DNA of 19,267 nucleotides from Nanobdellati archaeon (GTDB lineage Archaea; EX4484-52; GLR71): contig JAHYJO010000019.1 of assembly GCA_019429125.1 (NCBI GenBank), positions 1 through 19,267 of the forward strand, read 5' to 3'. The translations under genes and the position numbers were made by a program. Positions 1 to 7,729 of this stretch are shown in pieces (positions within the stretch are counted from its first letter, which is position 1; every line of letters begins with the position of its first letter). The notes below the pieces were generated by a model. It was not told the origin of the DNA. It did no database searches and saw nothing but the letters and a program-made list of their open reading frames with translations.

Positions 1-184
1 AAACCTGGCACTCACTCGCCCCCCCTGCGCCCTCAATCTTCACACCACCAATATCAACAAGGTCAGACCCCGAGCGCGTAATAAGTATCAACATAATCGC
101 CAGCACAACAAGTAACACGACAAGCACGACAATAGTATTAATAGGCAATTCCATACCCTTGCGCTTCTTAGAAAAAATATCCAT
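1..184 (-). CDS. Type IV pilin-like protein with class III signal peptide (partial, runs off the left edge; not in ORF track)
   Basis: Hand translation from ATG at 184-182: MDIFSKKRKG|MELPINTIVVLVVLLVVLAIMLILITRSGSDLVDIGGVKIEGAGGASECQV. Basic leader, KG cleavage site and ~20-aa hydrophobic helix; open to position 1. Confidence 0.85.
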   Translation of the reverse strand, partial: MDIFSKKRKGMELPINTIVVLVVLLVVLAIMLILITRSGSDLVDIGGVKIEGAGGASECQV

Positions 185-204
185 AAAATTTATTATGCGC
201 CAAA

Positions 205-221
205 GTTTATATCTGTTTTTG
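205..221 (-). promoter_or_regulatory. Putative BRE/TATA promoter for the edge pilin gene
   Basis: Minus strand reads CAAAAACAG-ATATAAAC, with the TATA-like box about 21-28 nt upstream of the ATG at 184. Confidence 0.4.
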
Positions 222-251
222 ATTGTAACGAATAATTAGTTGCAATAACAA

Positions 252-1727
252 TCAGTAACTTTTAGCGACATACACAGTAACTTTTGCAGGCTTGCCACAG
301 ACGACACATTTAGAAAATGTCTTATCTTCCTTATCAAATTTCTTTCCGCGCACTTCAGCCCCAGTCGTATCCTTAATCTTATTAGCGCAAGCTTCGCCCT
401 CAAGCTCCATGCTGCAGAACCCGCACCTCACCATGTTATTGTCAGAGACCGCCATCTCAAGTTCAGATAATGTCTCGCAATCAATAAGTCTTTTTTCAAA
501 ATTCTGTGCCTGCGCATCTTTAAGTTGCCTAGTAAATGTTTTTGAAATTTCAAGAACTCTCTTTTCAATATTGCCAGCCTTAACAAACTCTTTCTTACCG
601 TCATGTCTTGTAACAATTACAGCCTGACCTTTTTCAACATCTTTAGGTCCAATCTCAATCCGCACCGGAACACCTTTCATTTCCCATTCACTAAACTTCT
701 CGCCCGGAATCTTGTCGTCACGCGCATCAACCTTGACAGTATATTTACCTGAAAGTGATTTCTCAATTTTCTTACATTCAGAAATAACCATCTCTTTAGT
801 ATTATCAAAAAGTATAGGCACAATAACAACTTGCAGTGGTGCAAGTTCAAAAGGCAGTACAAGTCCTGTATCGTCGCCATGTATTGCAATCATAGCACCG
901 TATATACGGCTTATAGCAGGACCATAACAAGTGATATAACCGTATTTCTTTTCACCATCTTTATCAATAAAACTGACATCAAACGGTACTGAAAAGTTGG
1001 TGCCTAAAAGATGTGTTGATGGCAACTGTATAACCTTCCCAGCTGAAGTCAGTGCATCTGCTGCATGTGTCCTTACAGCTCCCGGGAACATGTCCCATTT
1101 AGGTCTTTCAAAAAATATGATAGGTATTGCAAACTCGTCACCTATCATCTCATGTGTAATCTTCATATCCTCAATAATCTGCGCCTCAGCCTCGGCAAGA
1201 GTTGCAAAAACGTTGTGTGCCTCAATCCAATGAAATTCCCGACCTCTAAAGAATGGTCTTGTCATCTTAGTCTCATATCTCCAAACAGAACCTGACTGGT
1301 ATCTCTTAAAAGGTAGATCATTATAGCTTTGTATCCAGAGGTTGTACATCTTATATAGTGCAGTCTCACTTGTTGGGCGCAGTGCAAGGCGTTCCTCAAA
1401 CTTTTTCTTACCATCCCCTGCTTCAGTCACCCAGAAAACTTCAGGCGTGAAACCTTCAACGTGTTTAGCTTCAAGATGAAAATTGCTTTCAGGAATAAGT
1501 GATGGCATAATAAGTGGTAAATGCCCATAAGCCTCTAACTTTTTCTCATAGGTCGCAAACATCTTCTTGATACTCATAACAGCCCAAGGCATATAACAGA
1601 CAAACCCTTTGATATTGTACCTTAAGTCTGCAAGTTCAGCCTTCTGCACAAGTTCACTGTACCAACCCGAAAAATCATCATTTTTGGATACAGTTATACC
1701 TTTTTTCTTAACACCTTTGCTAGCCAT
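252..1727 (-). CDS. proS: Proline--tRNA ligase, archaeal/eukaryotic type
   Basis: Motifs FSGWYSELVQKAELAD, HVEGFTPEVFWVT, LALRPTSET, RYETKMTRPFFRGREFHWIEAH; anticodon-binding GEKFSEWEMKGVPVRIEIGPKD; C-terminal Zn-binding cysteines (CVVCG) and terminal SY. Confidence 0.97.
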   Translation of the reverse strand: MASKGVKKKGITVSKNDDFSGWYSELVQKAELADLRYNIKGFVCYMPWAVMSIKKMFATYEKKLEAYGHLPLIMPSLIPESNFHLEAKHVEGFTPEVFWVTEAGDGKKKFEERLALRPTSETALYKMYNLWIQSYNDLPFKRYQSGSVWRYETKMTRPFFRGREFHWIEAHNVFATLAEAEAQIIEDMKITHEMIGDEFAIPIIFFERPKWDMFPGAVRTHAADALTSAGKVIQLPSTHLLGTNFSVPFDVSFIDKDGEKKYGYITCYGPAISRIYGAMIAIHGDDTGLVLPFELAPLQVVIVPILFDNTKEMVISECKKIEKSLSGKYTVKVDARDDKIPGEKFSEWEMKGVPVRIEIGPKDVEKGQAVIVTRHDGKKEFVKAGNIEKRVLEISKTFTRQLKDAQAQNFEKRLIDCETLSELEMAVSDNNMVRCGFCSMELEGEACANKIKDTTGAEVRGKKFDKEDKTFSKCVVCGKPAKVTVYVAKSY

Positions 1728-1749
1728 AATATATAATATGTCTGATACT

Positions 1750-1764
1750 TATTTAAGTTTTTTC
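1750..1764 (-). promoter_or_regulatory. Putative BRE/TATA promoter of proS (near-leaderless)
   Basis: Minus strand GAAAAAA-CTTAAATA, with the box ending about 23 nt upstream of the ATG at 1727. Confidence 0.5.
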
Positions 1765-1785
1765 TCATCTCGAAGAAAATCAATC

Positions 1786-1800
1786 AAATAACTATATATC
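1786..1800 (+). promoter_or_regulatory. Putative TATA promoter for the subtilase/pilin operon (divergent from proS)
   Basis: AAATAACTATATATC, with TATATAT at 1793-1799 about 25 nt before the ATG at 1824. Confidence 0.45.
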
Positions 1801-1823
1801 ACTATCTAAATCAATTATGATTT

Positions 1824-4800
1824 ATGCGACATTTACCCATACTGATTATATTTGCACTAATCTTATCAGTCCCATTTATATCTGAAATCTCTGCAACCAC
1901 AACACAAACCGAGAACACAGACACAATTGTCTCACAGCAAGACGATAAAGTCAAAGTGATAATAACATTTAAGGATAAGCCCAAGACTACAAAAGAAAAC
2001 ATATTCAATGCTTTTGGTATCGCACAAAAAGACCCAAAAGACAAAATAAAAGAAAAAATAACTAACAACGGTCATCTAAAAAACGAGTTCCAGACAACAG
2101 ACAGTGTTTCAGCAACGATAACTCAAGGATTGCTTGACGAATTAAAGACTGACCCATCAATTGCATACATTGAAGAAGACCGACCCGTCCATGCATTTCT
2201 TGATCAGAGCGTACCGCTTATTAATGCAGATGACGCCTGGCAACAACAGATGCAAGATTCAGGCCTAACTGGAAAAGGTACGACTGTATGTATAATAGAT
2301 ACAGGCATTGACTATACACATCAAGATCTTGGAAACTGCAGTCTGTGGAACCTCACAGGAAATGTAGAATCATATTCCGAAGAATCACTGCACCCCTATA
2401 CTGACAATACGACAGTTGAATGGACAATAAACCGTACCGGTTTTACAAATATAGCAGTTCATTTTTCATATATTGGTCTTGAATTAGATTTTGATTATAT
2501 TCAGATATTATATGAGAATGACACGCTTATAGAGCAATATTCAGTAATATCTAATGATATCTGGTCTCCTTCAGTATCTGGTGATACAATAAAGGTGCGC
2601 CTTATAGCTGATCCTTATGAAAATAATTCTGGTTTTGTGATTGATAAAATACTTAATGGTACTGCAACATATAACAACTGGAACAATTGTCCTAAAGTGA
2701 TAGGTGGCTGGAATTTTGTAGGTAATCATACTAATCCTATAGATGATATGGGTCATGGGACTCATGTTGCAGGAATTGTTGCAGGTTCTGGTGCGATAAC
2801 TGGTGTTGCACCCGATGCAAATCTAGTTGCAGTAAAAGTACTTGATAAAGACGGCAGTGGTTATAATAGTGATGTAATTGCGGGTGTTGATTGGTGTGTT
2901 TCAAATAGTGATGAATACAATATATCTGTAATCAGCATGAGTCTTGGGGAACTCGAGGTATATTATAATTCTTATTGTGACGGTGATTATCCATCAATAT
3001 CAAATGCAATAAATGCTGCCGTTGAAAAAAACATATCTGTTGTAATTGCAAGTGGAAATGATAATCCTCCAGGTATCAGTTCTCCTGCCTGTATTGAAAA
3101 CGCAACTAGAGTTGGTTCAACATCAAAAACAGATAACATTATGTCCTATACTCAAAGAAGTGTTAATTTCCCAGACATGCTCCTTGCGCCTGGTAATGCT
3201 ATATATTCATCAGTGCCTCATTCAAGTTTATGTACTGGTAATCCTAGCAAAGAATTATGCGATAATTCTTTATATCTCTCTTTAGGTGGCACATCAATGG
3301 CAACACCGCACGTATCAGGTGCCACAGCAATATTAGTTCAGGCATATAAAGACCGTTTAGGCACAAGACCGACTCCAGATTACATTGATACTGTTTTAAA
3401 CCTCACAGGGATTCCAATCTTTGACAGCCAAACAGGCTTGAACTTCTCGCGCATAGACGTCCTTGCAGCAATATTATTCATAAACACTCCCCCTAACATA
3501 ATAGACACCTACAATAACATAACTGGCAACAATTCACAAATCCTAACTGTCAATGAAACAGACTCAATCTTATTCAACCTGACAGTCTCATCACCAGTCA
3601 ATTACACCTGGAAACTAAACGGTACAGAAGTTGGTGCAAACCAGCCCAACTGGACCTTCAATACCACATACAACGACTCAGGATTCTGGACAATTGATGT
3701 CACAGTCGAAAATGATAATGGCACAAGACACACTGGGTGGAATATGACAATCAATAATCTCAACCGTCCTCCAATAATCACAACAATATCAAACGTATCA
3801 ATGGATATCCAAAATCAGATAACTCTAAACCTCTCAGCAAACATCTCCGACCCAGACAACGACACATTAACAATAACAACTAACGACCCCGAAAACATAA
3901 CGGTTGAAAATCACACATTGATATTCCATTACACCCAAACCATAACAGACAAGCAGATAATAATAACTGTCAACGACTCAGATTTAACCGCAACACAGAT
4001 AATCTACATAAACATCACAGATTTCTTAATCAACATCACAGACACCTACAACAACATAACAGGTGACAACAGTTCAACTCTCACAATAAATGAGACAGAT
4101 TCCGTATTTTTTAACATATCAACAGATGTCCCTGTGAACTATACCTGGTATTTAAACAGCACAGAAACCGGAACAAATTCAAAAAATTATACCTTATTTA
4201 CCAGTTTTGATGACGCCGGGATAACGAACATTTCAGTCAATGTCTCAAACAATTACACTTTCAACATCTTCACATGGACTGTTGAAATATTGAACAAAAA
4301 CCGTCCTCCTACAATCACAACAATTTCAAACATCTCTATGGATATCCAGAACCAGACAATAATCAACATATCAGCAAACATCTCAGACCCAGACAACGAC
4401 ATTTTAACAATAACAACTGACGACCCGGAAAACATAACAATTATAAACCATACATTAATCTTCAATTACACAGAGACCATAACCAATAAACAGATAACAA
4501 TAACTGTCAACGACTCGGACCTAACAACCAATTTTACAGTATACATAAATATAACAGATACAACCTCACCTAAAATAACAATAGATTCACCCACAAACAA
4601 GACCTACAACACGACCCAAATCAACATCTCAATTCATGCAGATGAATATTTGGACTGGTGCGCATACTCCCTAAACGCCCAACCAAACATAACAGTCAAC
4701 TGCACAGGAACACAGAACTTTACAGCCACTGAAAACCTCAACAACCTGACAGTCTGGGCAAATGACACAGATGGTAACATAAATTATACAGATGTTTTTT

Positions 4801-5879
4801 TCACAGTTGACACAATCTTCCCTAACATAACAATAACCGCATTAAATTACACGACTGACGATTACCTTTACATAAACCTAACAGTTTCAGAAACGCCAGA
4901 CACCTGCATCTTAAATTGGCAGGATGAAAACATCACGATGAATAAAACAGGAACTACCTGCGACATCAACAAGACATCACTATCTCCTGGAACCTACAAT
5001 TACATAATATATGTCAATGACACAATAGGTAACTTAAATTCAACCATAAACCTCCAAACAGAAATCTATTACTGTTTTGAATCCGTCACAGACTGGTCAT
5101 CCTGCATTTCAAGTTCAAGAACAAGAACGCACACAAATAGAGACTGCACAACTTATACTGCATCTGAAATTTGTTATTCGGGTAGTGGTGGTGGCGGTTC
5201 ATTTTCATACACTCCACCAATTATAAATGAGATAAATACAACCTTTGACAACATCACCTTAAATGCGACAGAAAATGTGACAGAAACATTAAATATTACA
5301 TCTATAAATATCACAGAGCAAGCATCAAATGAAACCCTGAATAATACCGAGATAAATGGTACTCAAACAGACGATAACGCAGGTGATACTTTTAATGGTT
5401 CTGACAAACGTGGACCTTCTAAAATCACAACACAAAATATAGAATCAAAAAACCTTGAAGACCTAAATGATGATTTCCTAAGTCTGACCTTATTTGATAA
5501 TCTCATTTCAGAAGACGGGTTAATCTCAAAAATAAAGGATAAATTAAATATTAAAACAGATAATAGCTCTAACAATTTGACACTATTTATTTTGATTATT
5601 GTAATTATAATTGTTGTGATTACAATATGTGGACTGTACCTAAATTTTAGCAAAAAACAACATATAGTGCAAAAAAACACACAACAAGTAATATCTGTTA
5701 TCTCAAAAGATAACTCAAATATAAATGACTCTCTAACGGTCATAAATCCCTACTCTCAAGAAATTAGATCTGACCTCTCCCAAACAACTTATTTAAACAA
5801 CATAGACCCAAATAATAATACTGATAGCCCTAAGGATGGATATTCACATGATATCAAATACAAAGAATCGAAAAGGTAA
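1824..5879 (+). CDS. Membrane-anchored S8 subtilisin-like serine protease: signal peptide, I9-type propeptide, CUB-like insert, Ig-like stalk, C-terminal TM helix
   Basis: Catalytic triad IIDTGID (~2292), HGTHVAGI (~2754), GTSMATPHVSG (~3288); oxyanion region ASGN; propeptide ending YIEEDRPVHAFL; N/T-rich beta repeats; TM helix LTLFILIIVIIIVVITICGLYL followed by SKK. Confidence 0.93.
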   Translation: MRHLPILIIFALILSVPFISEISATTTQTENTDTIVSQQDDKVKVIITFKDKPKTTKENIFNAFGIAQKDPKDKIKEKITNNGHLKNEFQTTDSVSATITQGLLDELKTDPSIAYIEEDRPVHAFLDQSVPLINADDAWQQQMQDSGLTGKGTTVCIIDTGIDYTHQDLGNCSLWNLTGNVESYSEESLHPYTDNTTVEWTINRTGFTNIAVHFSYIGLELDFDYIQILYENDTLIEQYSVISNDIWSPSVSGDTIKVRLIADPYENNSGFVIDKILNGTATYNNWNNCPKVIGGWNFVGNHTNPIDDMGHGTHVAGIVAGSGAITGVAPDANLVAVKVLDKDGSGYNSDVIAGVDWCVSNSDEYNISVISMSLGELEVYYNSYCDGDYPSISNAINAAVEKNISVVIASGNDNPPGISSPACIENATRVGSTSKTDNIMSYTQRSVNFPDMLLAPGNAIYSSVPHSSLCTGNPSKELCDNSLYLSLGGTSMATPHVSGATAILVQAYKDRLGTRPTPDYIDTVLNLTGIPIFDSQTGLNFSRIDVLAAILFINTPPNIIDTYNNITGNNSQILTVNETDSILFNLTVSSPVNYTWKLNGTEVGANQPNWTFNTTYNDSGFWTIDVTVENDNGTRHTGWNMTINNLNRPPIITTISNVSMDIQNQITLNLSANISDPDNDTLTITTNDPENITVENHTLIFHYTQTITDKQIIITVNDSDLTATQIIYINITDFLINITDTYNNITGDNSSTLTINETDSVFFNISTDVPVNYTWYLNSTETGTNSKNYTLFTSFDDAGITNISVNVSNNYTFNIFTWTVEILNKNRPPTITTISNISMDIQNQTIINISANISDPDNDILTITTDDPENITIINHTLIFNYTETITNKQITITVNDSDLTTNFTVYINITDTTSPKITIDSPTNKTYNTTQINISIHADEYLDWCAYSLNAQPNITVNCTGTQNFTATENLNNLTVWANDTDGNINYTDVFFTVDTIFPNITITALNYTTDDYLYINLTVSETPDTCILNWQDENITMNKTGTTCDINKTSLSPGTYNYIIYVNDTIGNLNSTINLQTEIYYCFESVTDWSSCISSSRTRTHTNRDCTTYTASEICYSGSGGGGSFSYTPPIINEINTTFDNITLNATENVTETLNITSINITEQASNETLNNTEINGTQTDDNAGDTFNGSDKRGPSKITTQNIESKNLEDLNDDFLSLTLFDNLISEDGLISKIKDKLNIKTDNSSNNLTLFILIIVIIIVVITICGLYLNFSKKQHIVQKNTQQVISVISKDNSNINDSLTVINPYSQEIRSDLSQTTYLNNIDPNNNTDSPKDGYSHDIKYKESKR
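3495..4568 (+). repeat. Intragenic tandem duplication, 2 x 537 bp (179 aa), in the subtilase stalk
   Basis: Constant 537-nt offset at four anchors: GACACCTAC 3504/4041, AACCGTCCT 3762/4299, GACCCAGACAACGAC 3849/4386, TACATAAA 4005/4542. Confidence 0.92.
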
Positions 5880-6840
5880 TTCCATAACTATCATACTTAT
5901 ACTTGTCATAGCTTTAGTTGTTGCTGCTATGCTTATCTCTTTCATATCTGGTCCTGCCAAAAAACTGAACTTTTTTACGACTGAAAAAAATGAAGAGAAC
6001 CTTGACACATTAGATGTGGGGACACTTGCATTAATGGATCCCAATCTTGTCAATTTCGACACAGACAAAGCAAAGACTAAAATGATAAAATTTATAACTA
6101 TTACAAGTGGTAATACTTCAATTATTAATTGTAGTGCAACGACAACTTCTGTTCAGAAAAACTACTGCACAAACATAACTGTTGCAATTTCACCTGCCCC
6201 CCCAAGATACTCAACAACCCCTGAAGGCATAACTTTCAAGATTTCTTACATTAATAAAACCTTATTTGAAGATATTGAAGGCTATGTCAACCTGACTTTC
6301 ATAGATACCTATGAATTTGACCAGGTATTTACCTCCAGATTAGGTGATTTCAAAAATTGCACAAATCCAATAACTGAATCATGTTTCAATGAATCCACCA
6401 CAAAACCTATGACTGACCTGAACTTATTTTCTATGTTCAATGACGAGATATCAGTCCGAATGCCTTTCTATTATGATAATCTTGTATCTGACGGTTTCAT
6501 ATACGAAGATGCCTGCACAGCTTACGCAAATTATTCAAACCTAACTGCACAGGATACAAAGATAAAGGTTACAGTTGATAAAGAAAGTCCTACAGGTCCA
6601 TATAATTTTACAATTGTCCACATGGAAAAATCACATAAACGAGAATATCCAATCTATTGTAATGTCTCAATAAACAAAGGCAGTTCTAGGGTTTTTCCCG
6701 TCCAGATAGTTGCCGGTACCTATGATCTCTTTAGAGTTTATGGCTGGAAATCAACAAATCCAAATTGCATTATGGTAGAAGATGATATTCTTGTGAAAAA
6801 AGGTGAGATAACACCTGTGAATATAAAATTTAGATGTTAA
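5848..6840 (+). CDS. Type IV pilin-like (minor pilin) protein with class III signal peptide
   Basis: MISNTKNRKG|NSITIILILVIALVVAAMLISFISG. Start is ATG 5848 or 5836; either overlaps the subtilase 3' end. Beta-rich, Cys- and sequon-containing ectodomain. Confidence 0.72.
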   Translation: MISNTKNRKGNSITIILILVIALVVAAMLISFISGPAKKLNFFTTEKNEENLDTLDVGTLALMDPNLVNFDTDKAKTKMIKFITITSGNTSIINCSATTTSVQKNYCTNITVAISPAPPRYSTTPEGITFKISYINKTLFEDIEGYVNLTFIDTYEFDQVFTSRLGDFKNCTNPITESCFNESTTKPMTDLNLFSMFNDEISVRMPFYYDNLVSDGFIYEDACTAYANYSNLTAQDTKIKVTVDKESPTGPYNFTIVHMEKSHKREYPIYCNVSINKGSSRVFPVQIVAGTYDLFRVYGWKSTNPNCIMVEDDILVKKGEITPVNIKFRC

Positions 6841-6890
6841 AACAAGACATAAATAAAAACACACATAAAATTATGATAAGGTAAATTATT

Positions 6891-7157
6891 ATGCGACGGA
6901 TAGGCAGACTTGACATGGCAATAGCAGTGACTGTAATCCTTGCCATAGTGCTGATTGCAATTATTGGTATGGCTGTATTTGATGTTTTTGACAGTGGCGA
7001 GAATGAGGCTGACGGCATGTTTGATGCTCTCAAATGTCAGCCAAAGATTGCTCAGGCCTGTATGGATGGAAAGATTTCAGAAACTACTGATATAAATGAA
7101 GTTGACGGAAAATGTATAACTAATGCAAACAAGGCCACAATCTGTGACAATATATAA
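6891..7157 (+). CDS. Small pilin-like protein with atypical class III site
   Basis: MRRIG|RLDMAIAVTVILAIVLIAIIGMAVF, then a short acidic head with 4 Cys. Confidence 0.62.
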   Translation: MRRIGRLDMAIAVTVILAIVLIAIIGMAVFDVFDSGENEADGMFDALKCQPKIAQACMDGKISETTDINEVDGKCITNANKATICDNI

Positions 7158-7167
7158 GGTTTTTAAA

Positions 7168-7479
7168 ATGGTAAAAAACAATATCAAAAAAGGTCAAATG
7201 TCTATGGGTACAGTAGTTGCCTTAGTGATCGCATTAATAGTAATCTTAGTAATTGTGGCGATAACAACCGATTTGGGTGAAAAAACAAAAGATACAGCAC
7301 CTTTCGATAACGCAAAAGCAAAAGCTGAAGATGCTATGCATGACAAGAAATGTGCAATGGTATGTACTGCATTCTGCATTGACAAAGCATATGTGATAGA
7401 TAGTGATTGTCAGGGATATGTAAGTGACTGTTGTGATTGTGATAGCGTACAAGATATAACTGACGGGTGTGCTTCTTGA
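7168..7479 (+). CDS. Small type IV pilin with class III signal peptide and Cys-rich head
   Basis: Start reassigned from 7123 to ATG 7168: MVKNNIKKG|QMSMGTVVALVIALIVILVIVAI. Canonical archaeal KG|Q site; 8 Cys in the C-terminal part. Confidence 0.85.
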   Translation: MVKNNIKKGQMSMGTVVALVIALIVILVIVAITTDLGEKTKDTAPFDNAKAKAEDAMHDKKCAMVCTAFCIDKAYVIDSDCQGYVSDCCDCDSVQDITDGCAS

Positions 7480-7523
7480 TAACTAATCTGATATTTTCAA
7501 TATTTTCAAGCATGAAACTATTA

Positions 7524-7727
7524 ATGTACACAAAAAGACGCAAGGGTGAAGTTGACGCCTTGATGATTGCTCTTGCAAGTGTGTTGATTTTAGCAATTTT
7601 AGCCCTAGTTTTTGTCATGGTTGTAGGGACATCCCTTGACGGTACAGTCGAAATGATCTGTAAATATAAAGCTGACGCTGTAGGTAAAGGTGGTGAAACA
7701 ATAGCAAAACTATTAGGAGTCTGTTAA
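7524..7727 (+). CDS. Very small type IV pilin-like protein
   Basis: Start reassigned from 7467 to ATG 7524 (or 7512): MYTKRRKG|EVDALMIALASVLILAILALVFVMVVG; 2 Cys. Confidence 0.78.
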   Translation: MYTKRRKGEVDALMIALASVLILAILALVFVMVVGTSLDGTVEMICKYKADAVGKGGETIAKLLGVC

Positions 7728-7729
7728 TT

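Noticed and set aside
292-1791. Short alternative ORFs overlapping proS (292..627, 428..616, 677..889, 712..927, 997..1233, 1065..1295, 1609..1791)
   Set aside because: Shadow frames of a well-conserved gene; no recognisable motifs.
3495-4568. Subtilase repeat pair as a diversity-generating retroelement template/variable repeat
   Set aside because: Both copies are in-frame coding, mismatches are not confined to adenines, and no reverse transcriptase is in the window.
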